A program made the position numbers and the translations under genes. From contig NC_090388.1 of the NCBI RefSeq assembly GCF_036365525.1, forward strand, positions 43,731,159 to 43,795,158: DNA of 64,000 nt. Reading direction: 5' to 3'. Below are positions 51,147 to 64,000 of this stretch, in pieces (the stretch's first letter is position 1; every line of letters begins with the position of its first letter). This DNA comes from Heterodontus francisci (taxonomy: Eukaryota). The notes under the pieces were generated by a model. That model searched no databases and was not told the DNA's origin. It saw only the letters and a program-made list of their open reading frames with translations.

Positions 51147-52084
51147 AAACAACGGTTCCTCAGCAGATGATATCCATCGAGTTGTTTTTCAATCAATCAT
51201 TCTTCACTATCGCCCTTCACAACATGGTGATCTGCGACTGTTGAGTAGATATGATCATATTTATTGGTGTAATATTTGTAGTTGGTAATGCAGATAGAAT
51301 ATGAACATTTTTCCCTTTTTTTTCAACAAGGATGGTATAATTGCAGTTACATGTATTTTCACATAACAGTTAGCAGAGAAATGAATACAGATTACAAATG
51401 CATATTAGTCTGCGGCTTTCCACAGTCAGATGCTTAGATACTCATCGTAGGCAATTATTCTTCAGTTATGGTTTTATTTCTGTTGTGTGTTCGCCTTTTA
51501 TGGTATATTTCAGTCTCACATCATGGAATGTGCAAAATTAAGATTATTCATCCAGGTACGGCATGCTTTCAAGAAGGAATGTTACACTGGAATGGAAGAA
51601 GAGGATCGCAACTTCACAGGACACTGGGACACAGCAGGGTAAGTATGTGGCAGCAAAGCAGAAAGTGCTGGGGTAACTCAGCAGGTCAGACAGCATATGT
51701 GAAGAGAGAAGCAGAGTTAACTTTCAGGGCTGTGAACTTGGACAAGTTAACTCTGCTTCTCTCTCCACAGATGCTGCCTGACCTGCTGGATTTCTGCAGC
51801 ACTTTCTGCTTTGCTGCCAGATTGACAGCAGCCCCAGTCTTCAGCAGTCAGGTAAGTATTTCTTTGACAGCTGTCAGGAAGCAGGTGCTGGAACGCTTAA
51901 AATAAGGCCCCAGCACCTACTGCACAGCTGTCAAAGACTCTCTCCTTGCACCGAATGTCCCGCCTCTCCCCACGTAATATGGGGAAGGCGGCGCGCGGCC
52001 TCTATGGCAATGAGCCTCAGTGATTAATATTGTGGGGGCTCGGTGGCGGCCGCTGAATGCGGGCGCCGCCGTTCAGCCCCGAGA

Positions 52085-52270
52085 CTGTGGTGAAGGCAGA
52101 TTCAATCATGGTTTTCAAAAGGGAATTGGATAAGCACTTGAAGAGCAAACAAATGCAGGGCTACACCGAAAGGGCTGGGGAGTGGATCTAGCTGATTTGC
52201 TCTTGCAGAGAGCTGGCAGGGACATGATGGGCCGAATGACCTCTTTCTGTACTATAACCATTCTATGACA
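52085..52270 (+). mobile_element. CR1 3' end; another copy at about 54410-54670
   Basis: gatgggccgaatg...ttctgt...ttctatga tail. Confidence 0.7.
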
Positions 52271-54038
52271 ATAAAGAAATTCTCTTCATCTCCCCTCAAG
52301 GTACCTTGATTTCCAAAAAGTCATCTGATAAAGTGCATGGACATCTGTTAAATAAGCTTGCGTCCTTCGGGATCGGCAGTCAAATTTAAATTATATTATA
52401 AATTGGTTACATTCACGTAGTCTGAAAATCCCGGGACGTTCCTACTTCAGATTTTCTTGTTAATTAACGAGAGCCAACTTGAATATTATGATTGACTGAT
52501 TGTAAATTATTTCATTTGCTGTGATATAACACTTACAATATTTGAAAGCACCCACAAAGGGATAACAAGCATTATTTACAGACATTTATGGAGTCTTAAA
52601 TTAATTGAATGCAAGATCTTTACAACAACCCATATTAGAGTAACTCAATTAGAAAACTGCCCTCCTAAAAAAAAACACCGTGCTGCAGTTACAAACGGAA
52701 TTATGCGTGTTCACTTTGGGTTGCTTCATATGTGGTCCTGGCATTCTCTTATGGCCGCAGGTAAATACTATCACTCGCTCCACTTATTAGTTAAATGAGC
52801 AATCTCAAAGACGGGATTGTTTAGCAAAACAAGGAACTTCTGTTTATATAGAACAATGCGGAATTGTCTCGAAAAACTTTATTGCGAAAATGAGAATGAA
52901 GAGAAGGTTGAGTGGGTGAAATGTTACCCTTTGCTACGATTGAGATGCGCTTTCGGTGTCAGAAATGTGCTGATGTCTGAATTTAGAAATAAATTACATC
53001 ATGTACAACTTAAGCTGCCTCTTGAGAACAATATTTTCTTTCAACTTTGCCAAGATGAATTGTTTGCCCTGATTAATGGATGTTACGCAAGGCCCGCTCG
53101 ACTTTTTTTTCCCAATAATGAGATCTCACAATACTGTGTGTCCGGATGAAGGATGGGCGTATTTATTTGTGATGATTACCGAGTTTATTAGGCATGAGTA
53201 GTCTCGTCGATAGGTAGAAGTCTCGTGTGCTTGGCCTGTCCCTGAAAATACCAAAATCTCGCCCATTTTAAAAAAATGCTTGCCTTGGTTATGTAACTTT
53301 GTAATTTCTAATCTTACATTTCGTGTAAGTACACCAAACAATCACTAACGGGGAAAAAGTTCGCTACAAACTCACTCCCGAAACAGTAAAGGGCAATTTT
53401 AGTCGCTGGTCTATGGAACAGGTCAGAATTAGTGGAATATATTTGCAACAATTTCACCAAAATCCATTTTGAAACCTGGTAACTCTGACCCCAGTGTAAA
53501 AGATCTGGAGGGCCACACAGAGACTTAAATACTGCTGTTGTGGCAACATTCATCCATTCGTGAAAATACGATTGATACATCTCTTCCTTTCTCTGTTTGA
53601 CCTGCAACAAGCTTGTACTAGCTACTTATAAAGAAGGTCCACTATGGAACACAGTTTAGTAACCTTCAGATTCATTGTTACCTTAATTATTGCTTTTAAA
53701 ACAAAGAAGCCCCGTGAGATTTTACAGTATTGTTTTCAATTTTCCTTTTCCTTTAACTCGAATCTGTGTACGAATTACAGACAGGAATAGGGAATTGGTT
53801 CCTTTGAGCGACCAGAAACTCACCTGTCAATAATTAAATCATGAGGTAATAAAAAACAGTTCTCTCCAAAATGTCAGCGACTGCGCCCACTTCCACCTTC
53901 CCCTTTGTCATTAAAAATCTTGAAGTAGTGCCATGCTAGACATGTTGGACTCTGACGCAGAAGCAGCAACTCGCCTCAATAAGTACCTTGTCTAAGAGCG
54001 CTGACATCGCAGGTAGTTCGCCCATTCACTCAGAAGCT

Positions 54039-54258
54039 ATGATTCTCACGTTAACCCTGCTGATGCTCTTTCCTGTTTTCCAGAAATCAGCTTCTCGGTG
54101 TTCGCCTACAGTGTTCTACAGAAATTGCTGGATGTACCGTTTCTCTGGGGTACTCATAGATTTACCGCTTTCCAGGAGCAGAGGCGCCCATCTGGTCAAT
54201 CATTACCGCGCGAAAACGGCCCGGCAGTGCAGCAGGACTTGCTGCCTCCTCCAGAATG
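54039..54258 (+). CDS. MANSC4: MANSC domain-containing protein 4, coding exon 1 (signal peptide plus start of MANSC)
   Basis: MILTLTLLMLFPVF signal; CSPTVFYRNCW...CSRTCC; donor G|GTTAGT (phase 1); synteny. Confidence 0.92.
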
Positions 54259-55455
54259 GTTAGTTTGACAAGCTCATAGAGGAAGGGTTTCCACCCTGTT
54301 TCAAGACACAGATCGCGGGATTTTCAGTAATTTCTATCAGGATAACATGTCATGTTAAACAATATTTACTAATAATAATTGCTGTTCGTCGTCTGTGGTC
54401 AGTTCATTATGCACAAGAGATGAGGAAAAACGTTTTCACCCAGAGGGTGGTGGGGGTCTAGAACTCACTGCCTGAAAGGGAAGTTGAGGCAGAAACCCTC
54501 AATTCATTCAAAAGGATTCCAGATATGCACCTCAAGTGCCGTAATCTGCAGGGCTACGGACCAGATGATGGAAGGTGGAATTAGAATAAGTGGATCGTTT
54601 TTCGGCCGGCACAGACACGATGGGCCAAGTGGCCTCTTTCTGTACCTTAAACTTTCCATGATTCTATTCTAAGAGGCAAACGGCTGAACTGGGGATCCAG
54701 AAAAGTCAAAGAGTAGCCATCGAGATAAGATGGTTATTATTAAGGACGCAAATGATAAACCTGATGACACAAAAAAATTGATCACAACCACGATTGATGG
54801 TTGGTCTCGCTAACAATTTATGACTGCTGAAGCAATAACAATTGCATCAACTCTATTATTTTAGTTTTCTACGAGGTTTAATATTTTAAACAAGAAGTTT
54901 CGATTCAAAATTTAAAGATACTTAAAACTAAGGCTGAAAGGTGTATTTGAGAAACAGATTCAACCAAGAACTAGGAATGTTGCTGATCGATAAAACTGAC
55001 ATTTTGGCTAAAGCTTAAATTTCATGAAACTGAACCCTGTTCTCTTTCAGTATGAACACAATGATCGTTGTGTTCCTGCAGTCCCAGTCCAGCCCAGGTT
55101 TCGAACGACCTTTCCCCTGCACGCTGGATGCCAATCTGCATGTTCTTATTCAAGTGGTAACAATTACTCTACTGCTTCTTGCTTCCACGCATGATCCTTA
55201 AGCTCGTATGTACTTTCTACTCCTTTCCTACAGGCACAGGGCACCATTCATTCTGCACTCTCCAGTTAAAATCATGTAGTCTTGTCTGCTGCTCGGTAAT
55301 TGAATACTGGCGAGCTCCCTTTTAAACTGTATCTTTCTAATCTGTGAGCATGAAATCTCTCTCCACCCCTGCCCACCATCCCGCACTTGTCACTTACTCC
55401 TACACCTTTGACTAACTATTCGAACTAATTCGTCCCTCCTTTTCGTTTATTACAG

Positions 55456-55590
55456 ACACATGTAATATAGCCGTTTTCAACTTTGCCCAAGTTCTGGGCA
55501 GTTTCAACTGTTTTCACCTTAACTGCCCAAGTCAGGAAAGTTGCATAATGAGAAGGAAGACTGATTTTACACTGTTTAACGTTACAAAAG
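55456..55590 (+). CDS. MANSC4: MANSC4 coding exon 2
   Basis: tacAG and GTAAG boundaries, 135 nt, phase 1/1; TCNIAVF...NCFHLNCPSQESCI...LFNVTK. Confidence 0.93.
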
Positions 55591-56095
55591 GTAAGGACAC
55601 CACTTCACAACATTTAAATGCGAAAGAGCGAATAAAACAGCCATATAATGATTTTTATTTATTAAGTGTATAATTATTGTAATTTGAAAACCAATAATAA
55701 AATATTTAATTATTTCTGCTTAGTTTGGCTAACATTTATTCCTCAACAAACACATCCAGAAATAGATTTATTTATCTCATTGCTGTTAATGGGAGCTGGC
55801 GGTCTAAATTGGCCGTTGCCATTTGCCAACAAAATAACTGGTGACTTTACTTCAAAGTAATTCATTGAATGTAATGCGCGTTGCGAAGGTTCGAGAACGT
55901 GAACGATGTTTTATAAATTCAAGCTCTTTAGCGAGTTTAAGCATCTGTAGGATTTTAATACACAACCACTCAGAGAATGTTGCACTGTTCACTGTCATTC
56001 TCATTGCTATTACTAAACATCCCAATACCATATGCCATTGCAGATGTCATTTTACTTCAATTCCGTGGCCTCACTTTTCGTTTAATGTTTTACAG

Positions 56096-56784
56096 GGGAG
56101 GATCCAGATTTGCTCATTTTTGGAAACCGTCGAAGTAAAGGCAGAGAGCCAAGCTTTCGTTTCTCTGTCGATTTATCAAGATTTAATAATACAGAATATC
56201 TCGGTTTGGACAAACAACGCCATTATAACAGGTATGTTTCCCTTCCATCACAAGCAACTCTTCCCACCTACAACTGGTACACGTCTGTGTCGCTTCCATC
56301 ACAGACACCTCTTCCTTCCAAAGTCAACCCGGTGTCAAGCACTAATTCTCAGGACATTACGAGTGGCGCAAACGGTACCCGGAATGACTCGACTGAACTA
56401 CCAGAGGCTTCAGCTTCAATCGAAGGTGAGGTGGTCATTAGCAATGCGACGCAAGTCACCGTCCAGCCCTCTCGCTTCTTAGCTACCGCGTACGATGAAG
56501 AATCTACTTATCTCACACCGACTTCTAACAGCCTTCCCCTGAAGAAGGGGAACAGCACCAAAGGGCCCTCTGGCAAGAACCAAACAGCTCCAGCACCTTG
56601 GCTATTGGACCCAAAGGTTTTGGTGACTCCCTTGTTGATGCTTTCATTAATCATATTGACTTGTATGTGCACCCTTCTATGGGTAGCAGCACGGTGCAGG
56701 AAAAAGCGACGTTACTATGAACCTCTCCAACCAGGGGGTGTTGGGATAGAAAAAATGAACAGGTATAAAATGAGTGCTTATTAG
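56096..56784 (+). CDS. MANSC4: MANSC4 last exon (Ser/Thr stalk, TM helix, short tail); spliced product about 347 aa
   Basis: GEDPDLLIF, S/T-rich stalk, TM segment VLVTPLLMLSLIILTCMCTLLWVAA, RCRKKRRYYEP; AATAAA at 57042 and 57129. Confidence 0.92.
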
Positions 56785-58806
56785 AAACAGATTATATTAA
56801 ATGGTTTGAATCAATAATTACTGGAAAAATTAGTCACTCTGAAGATGCATTTACATTATCATCGATTTAGCTCAACGCTGAAATTGGTTATAATGTAAAT
56901 GCAGCCTGACTTGTACCATTTGTACCAAGCATATTTCGGATTGGTGTCCAATACCCTTTCACACGCACGCTAACACACGAGATGTATATGCACTCTACTT
57001 TTGAACGACATCCTATTTTATGTTGCACGATTTCTATTTATAATAAAAATAGAAACGTAACAAAGATTCAAATGGTTGGTACAGAGAACATAGGTTAGTA
57101 TCTTTATTATAACTGCAGTGTGCTGAGCAATAAAACTGATTTTTATTATAAACCTTGGACCCGAGGCTTGATCTAACCATCAATTTCCTTATCCTATTCG
57201 TATTGGGTGTATTTATATAAGCATTTATAATCTAGGAATGTGAAGTTGAGTCCATTTTGAATCTCACATCCAATAGTCAAAAATCTAATCATAGATTCAA
57301 AGAGTGAAATTAAAGGAAATACTTTGTTGTGGTAATGTCCTGCCCCTAGCTGTGTTTAGCATGCTTTGTTAATATGATGCCATAGTGCTGTATTTAGTAA
57401 AAATGCGAGTGGCCACGAGTGGCAGATCATCGATATTGCTCCACCCGTTGTTTTTTTAAACATATAGCAGTCCAGCCAAAGTCAGCTATTCATAAGTATA
57501 AAGATTTCTGGCTAGATGGAACCTTATACAAAGTTTTTTTTGCTTCTTTTTCTCTCTCCCAATTACTAGCCATTTTATTCCTGTATGCCGAGTCTATATT
57601 TTAGAATGTTTTTTCTTTGACCAATGCTTCTAATGAAGGTTGCGACTACAGTTCTTCAGATAATAAAATCTTTCACGTTATACTTTTTGTTATTGAATTG
57701 AAAGCTGCATTTTTTCTGACGCGCGTTCTACCGCTGTTCATTTATTAACTACAGTAAGAAAAAAGGGGTTAGTAACAAAGAAACAGTTATGAATGCTTGT
57801 ATTTATACATAAATTGTTTACACACGGTATAAAGCATAGCTGAAGTAAATTAGGCATGTTTGTAATTTAGCCAACTCATCCATAGAGCTAACTCATCTCA
57901 AAGCAGAGCAATCAAATTGTCAAACAAAACCCATATCCAATGTACTGTACAAATTACTGATAATGACAATGGAAAGTTGACGGCACTAAGAAAATGATTT
58001 GCATGTTCTGACACAAGAATCAGTAGATAACCTGGACATAGAAAATATAATTTCTAAAAATACAAGTGGGCAATGAAACTTACATATATTTTGCATAGAA
58101 GTCCATCAGAAATTATGCAAATGAAAGAATGGCGAAAAGCTGAATTGAAGTTATACTTTGCTTTCGTAAGTTTGTTGCGCAGGTGGCCTATACCTTACAA
58201 TTAGGTTATTGAATAATAGACATAATTGGAAAATAACCTAAGATTGAAGCCTAAATTGCATAATGACAAAATTATTGTATGACCGGAATGCAGTATGCAC
58301 CCCCTACTTGTAACCTGCACATAGCACTTCGTCATAGAAACAAAATAAAGTTCAGAAGTTCAAGTAAATGGCGAATGATTCCTTGGCATCATTTGTGCAC
58401 AAAAAAGTTTGATTCACATTTATTTGATACTGTTTTGTTTGAAAGATGGTCAGGTTATAGGTTCTTAAAAGTCAAATTCTATAAATCTAAAGTTCAGTTT
58501 GAACGAAGTTGAATACCAGCAAAACTAAATCTTACCAGACTGTTCTGTTCAAAACCGTTGCAAAATAAAATTGTAAACGCCAAAATTATGACTGAGATGT
58601 CGCGTTGATATGTAAGAATTTTGAACTATGTATAACGTGCTAGATGCTTGGATATGCTAAGTAATGAATTATGGGAGAAGTATCAAGCTCGAAGCAGCTA
58701 GAGCATAATGCTGAAGTTGCTAAAACCTGTCGCTGGGCTTCCCTGATTCTGCCAATCCACAACTGTTCCAGAGATAACTGATTTAACACAATAAATGCTA
58801 GAAGCT

Positions 58807-59099
58807 GTGTTTTTGATTTTTTTGATTTAGAGGTACAGCACTGAAACAGGCCCTTCGGCCCACCGAATCTGTGCCGACCATTAACCACCCATTTATACTA
58901 ATCCTACATTCCTACCACATCCTCACCTGTCCCTATATTCCCCTACCACCTACCTATACTAGGGGCAATTTATAATGGCCAATTTACCTATCAACCTGCA
59001 AGTCTTTGGCATGTGGGAGGAAACCCACGCAGACACAGGGAAAACTTGCAAACTCCACACAGGCAGTACCCAGGCTGCAGTGCTAACCACTGCGCTGCC
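58807..59099 (-). mobile_element. HE1-type tRNA-derived V-SINE
   Basis: A-box-like GCAGTGGTTAGC, V-domain-like GTGTGGAGTTTGCA...CTGCGTGGGTTTCCTCCC and CR1-like tail. Confidence 0.8.
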
Positions 59100-59399
59100 C
59101 CTCCAGTAATCACAGTAATCTAGACTCCTGTAATTTCTATTAACCTTTCGTGCTGCACCTTCAGCCTGTAGTTTAACCCATCAGAAGACTCTCCTCTATG
59201 GATATTTATTTGGCTTTTGCATCAGTGGAGATTTTTATAACATGAAAAAACTTGCATAAAGCACCTCTCAGGAGGTCCCACAACATTTTAAAGACAATGA
59301 GCTGGAATGGAGATGGAGGAGAAGCTGCTAGATTTAACAATGAGTACTTTGAGCCCAGTTGCGCCCAACAATTTCCAATGTGGGACTGTCAAGGGAGGG

Positions 59400-59920
59400 A
59401 GATTCTAGACACTAGGCCAGAAGCCAGTGACGAGGGTCCCCCGGGACCCCTCATGGAGCTGGTAGACTTGCAGCAGGCTTTCAGTGACCCCTTCAAGAAC
59501 ACCCTGATGCAGACCCATACAGTCTGCATCCGGGCTTGCCAGTTGGACATGCTGTCCATGCATATGTATTAGTCCCCGTTCAGCCCTGCCATTGGACAAA
59601 GACCTTGCTTTGCTTTGACCAGGCAGTAGTCGGTGTGCAATGGCTACCCCACATTAAAAGAACCCACACACAGGCATCTTCCATCCCTTCAAAATGAACT
59701 TCGGGACCTGGAGCATCAGGACTCTTATGGACAACCCCAGCAGCAACAGACCTGAACATTGTACCGTTATTATAGCCTGAGAACTCCACCACTATAACAT
59801 TGACCACCTGCCCCACCTGTGGCAGAGTGTGCGGATCCAGAATTGGACTATTCAGTCACCTAAGGACCCACAATCCTGGAGTGGAAGAAAGTCATCCTTG
59901 TTCCCAAGGGACTGCCTAAG
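59400..59920 (+). mobile_element. RTE-like LINE 3' remnants
   Basis: 3' end cctgtggcagagtgtgc...ggactgcctaag resembles 43260-43375. Confidence 0.5.
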
Positions 59921-60117
59921 ATTGTTCATGCCAAGACAATTGATTAGGTTGAAATCATATTATGTAGTTGATTAGATTAAAACCACAGTGTAAGCAGAAA
60001 CTGAAGTTGTGTAACCACATGGTGAGACACTTATAAGATAGGGAACTGGGGAACAAAAGGGGCCACAGGTTCATTAGAATGTATGTGACTTGCATTGCAG
60101 GTGATAGGGGACACATA

Positions 60118-61603
60118 CGGATGCCAAATTTTCAAATCCTCTCTGGCCACAGGCGAGATGGCAGAGGACTGGAGGACAGCGAATGTGGTACCATTATTCA
60201 AGAAGGGTGGTAGGGATAAACCAGGTAATTACAGGCCAGTGAGTCTAACATCAGTGGTAGGGAAACTATTGGAAAAAATTCTGAGGGACAGGATTCATCT
60301 CCACTTGGGGAGACAGGGATTAATCAAGGATAGTCAGCATGGCTTTGTCAGGGGGAGATCATGTGTAACAAATCTGACTGAATTTTTCGAGGAGGTGACT
60401 AGGTGTGTATATGAGGGTAAAGCAGTTGATGTAGTCTACATGGACTTCAGTAAGGCTTTTGATAAGGTCCCGCATGGGAGATTGGTCAAGAAAGCAAGAG
60501 CCCAAGGGATCCAGGGCAGTTTGGCAAATTGGATCCAAAATTGGCTTAGTGGCAGTAGGCAGAGGGTGATGGTCGAGGGCTGTTTTTGCAAGTGGAAGCC
60601 TGTGACCAGTGGTGTACCTCAGGGATCAGTGCTGGGACCCTTGCTGTTTGTAGTGTACATTAATGATTTTGATGTGAATATAGGAGGTATGATCAGTGAG
60701 TTCGCAGATGACATGAAAATTGGTGGTGTCATAAATAGTGAGGAGGAAAGCCTTAGATTACAGGACGATATAGATGGGCTGGTAAGATGGGCAGAGCAGT
60801 GGCAAATGGAATTTAATCCTGAGAAGTGTGAGGTGATTAATTTTGGGAGGACTAACAAGGCACAGGAATATACAATAGATGGCAGGACCCTAGGAAGTAC
60901 AGAAGGTCAGAGGGACCTTGGTGTACTTGTCCATAGATCACTGAAGGCAGCAGCACAGGTAGATAAGGTGGTTAGGAAGGCACATGGGATACTTGTCTTT
61001 ATTAGTTAAGGCATAGAATATAAGAGCAGGGAGGTTATATGGAGCTGTATAAAATGCTAGTTAGGGCACAGCTGGACTACTGTGTACAGTTCTGGTTGCC
61101 ACACTACAGAAAGGATGTGATTGCACTGGAGAGGGTGCAGAGGAGATTCACAAGGATGTGGCCTGGGCTGGAGCATTTCAGCTATGAAGAGAGACTGGAT
61201 AGACTAGGATTGTTTTCCTTAGAGCAGAGAAGGCTGAGGGGGGACCTGATTGAGGTATACAAAATTATGAAGGGCATAGATAGGAAGAAACTTTTTCCTT
61301 TAGCGGAGGTGTCAATAACCAGGGGGCACAGACTTAAGGTAAGGGGCAGGAGGTTTAGAGGGGATTTGAGGAAAAAAAATTCACCCAGAGGGTAGTTGGA
61401 ATCTGGAACGCATTGCCTGAGGGGGTGGTAGAGGCAGGAGCCCTCAGAACATTTAAGAAGTATTTAGATGAGCACTTGAAACGCCATAGCATACAAGGCT
61501 ACTGGCCAAGTGCTGGACAATGGGATTAGAATCGATAGGTGCTTGATGGCGGCGCAGACACGGTGGGCCATATGGCCTGTTTCTGTGCTGTATGACTCTA
61601 TGA
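60118..61603 (+). mobile_element. Relatively young 5'-truncated CR1 (HER1-like) LINE
   Basis: NYRPVSLTS, DFSKAFD, VPQGSVLGP and FADD; stop at 61007 plus a frameshift; tail tatgactctatgac. Confidence 0.93.
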
Positions 61604-62939
61604 CAATAATTGGATTGGAAACGGACGGGGCTCTCCCTGATAGGTGCTCTGACAAAAATTGGCAGCACTACAGAGGGATAAAAGAGGAATTCATGATAAC
61701 CGGCACGACGGAGAGAAGACTCAAGACAGGAAAAGAAGGACACAGAGTAAGACAGAAGACTGAACAATGTGCTCCGACGTCCAGCTGCAACACGGGAAGT
61801 ATATAGCTCGGTTGTTCTGTAAATCGCTGCCTGAATCTATAATAGCGTGCTGCTTGGATTTGTCTCCTGTTTCTCACTAAAGTAACGCAACCTGCCAATT
61901 CATTCACGTCGAATCCTTACCCCACAGATATTTAAAGCTACAAGTTAAAAGATTGAATGAAATGTATATTTTTGAAGACAAAGCAAACAATACTGGAATT
62001 TATAAAGGATGACAGGCTCACATCTTTAACAGATTAAAAAAAACATGATAGTGAAACAAAAAGTACACTTCCCATGAAGGGATCATTGAGGTATAACATG
62101 CACAAAAGAGTATCAACACTGATTCATACTTTGCAAGGGATAAGATTACAGAATGAACTTCTCAGAATTGCATTAATCAAATGTCATGTTTTTGTCTTTG
62201 AAACTTTATTTTTTGACTGATTCCAGTACTCTGAGTCTGCCAAGAACTTATGGAAAACAACTGCTGTCTACGACTGTCTCTAAACTGCCTATTATTCCTC
62301 TCCAGCTCTTCACCATGGACGATGCACATTGTCCAATCTATTCTAACCAATAAAGGGGACCCAGGGAAATACATAATAGCGACTGGAACACAAGGTCATG
62401 AAAGCCCAATTGTCAGCAGTAATCAAATTAAACGTTTTGTTTTACTTTAAACCAGTTACCTCAAAAACCCACAGGACTTTTTAAAGGTCAGCCCAAAACC
62501 TCCTTTCCGCCAGCTTTCTACAGGCATGCTGGGAATTGGGTATCCTTTACCTACAGGCTAGAATTTGGCATTATGCCATTCTCTACCTCCTTTTACTTCA
62601 ACAAATAGTCCCGCCTGTGAGAACTGGTCAAGCAACTGTACATCACCTTAACCAGTCAAATTGAAAAATCGTTAATGAGCAGCGCAGCGTCTGATCCAAA
62701 AGTGAGTAGTGAATTTAATGTTCAACTCAGGTACACAAAGCAACATAAAGAAAGGCTGGATTAAGAGAATGGGATAAGAGACAGAAAGAAAAAGTGAAAA
62801 AAATTGAAAACAGAAACTCGAATAATAATTAAAAATTGAGGAAACGAGACTCCGCACTTATACAAGTTAATTTTCAGTGCCAGAGAGGTTATTAACTAAG
62901 ACTTACCAAGCAAAATACGGATGTTGGAGGTCACATTAA

Positions 62940-63930
62940 AATTGAAAATGCTGAAAATACTCAGCAGATCAGACAGCATATGTGGAAAGAGAAACAGATA
63001 ATATTGTACGTCGATGACATTCGTCAGAACAGGTTTTGCGGAAGTACAGAGGCAAGGAAAGGGGAGGGGAAGAACATAGGGGAAGGTGTATGATAGGATG
63101 GAAGGCAGGAGAGATGAAATGACAAAAGGCATTATGGGGCAAGGCAAAAAGGGGGTGTTAATGGGACAAGTAAAGAAACAAAAGATAAGTCTAGAGGATA
63201 TAAAATCATCGATGAAGGGTCACTGACCTGAAACGTTAACTTTGCTTCTCTTTCCACAGATGCTGCCAGACCTGCTGAGTGGTTCCAGCATTTCTTGTTT
63301 TTATTTCAGATTTCCAGCATCCGCAGTATTTTGCTTTTAAGTCTAGAGGAGGTGTGAATGAGAATAGCAGAAAGATTACCAACAGCTGTTATCTGAAAAA
63401 ATTGGGGCAGTGGTTATGATCTGAAATAGTTGAATTCAATGTTGAGTCTTGTGCCTAATGGATGGATGAGGTGCTTTTTCTTGAGTTTACGTTGAACTTC
63501 ATTGGAAGCCAAGGACGGGGAGGTCAGAGTGGGAGTGGGGTGGAAAATTAAAATGACAGGTGACTGGAAGCTTGTGGTCATGCTTGCAAAGTGAATGGAG
63601 GTGCTCCACATAATGGTCATCCAGCTTGTGTTTGGTCTCCCCATTGTAAAGGAGAATGCATCGTGAGCAGCAAATACAGTGTACTAAAGTGAAATAAAGA
63701 AAGACTTCCATTTTTATAGCACCGTTCACAACCAACAGGTGTCCCAAAGCACTTTACAGCCAATGAAGTACTTTTTGAAGTGTAGTCACTTTTGCAATGT
63801 GCAATGAAGTACGCGTAAATCACTGTTTCACCTGGAGGAGCGTTTGGGGCCCTGAATGGTGGGAAGGGACGAGGTAAGAGGGTAGGTGTTACATCACCCG
63901 TGCTTGCACAAGAAGGTGTTCTGATGACGC
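62940..63930 (-). mobile_element. Penelope-like element remnant with GIY-YIG endonuclease fragment and nested inserts
   Basis: CICCSRCILLYNGETK...EHL...PVTCHFN (ORF 63499-63747); SINE/L2-like tail inserted at about 63690-63800; young family copy at 63199-63337. Confidence 0.8.
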
Positions 63931-64000
63931 CACCTTCCGCACCGGTCCTTTCAATTCATCTTCCTCATTCCACAGCTGAGAATTAGGGGCAGCACAGTGG

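Noticed and set aside
55841-56482. 213-aa ORF overlapping MANSC4
   Set aside because: Wrong frame, starts in an intron, no recognisable domain.
62524-62540. GCATGCTGGGAATTG, a ZNF143-like site
   Set aside because: Incomplete motif with no adjacent gene start.
57600-62600. Expected 3' exons of the next syntenic gene (MRPS35)
   Set aside because: No matching peptide seen in the ORF track; probably beyond the window.

Overview
This is eukaryotic, intron-containing vertebrate DNA, most likely a cartilaginous fish (shark), judging from HE1-type SINEs, CR1/L2/RTE/Penelope repeats and the protein sequences. It covers the conserved PTHLH(+) - KLHL42(-) - MANSC4(+) block, and spliced coding models can be read for all three genes. 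Between PTHLH and KLHL42 lies an intact class A GPCR ORF (18553-19506) with galanin/kisspeptin/allatostatin-receptor-like motifs but unusual switches (DRY to TRA, TM1 Asn to His, almost no N-terminus, C-terminal KVHP). I know of no gene at this position in human. The rest is mostly transposon-derived: a three-LTR Gmr1-like Gypsy nested in a LINE, a decayed Harbinger (transposase plus Myb/SANT gene), a near full-length RTE LINE, and Penelope-derived repeats with minimal hammerhead motifs. A captured QSOX thioredoxin exon fragment sits next to a G-rich array. Orthologue comparisons are from memory; no searches were run.
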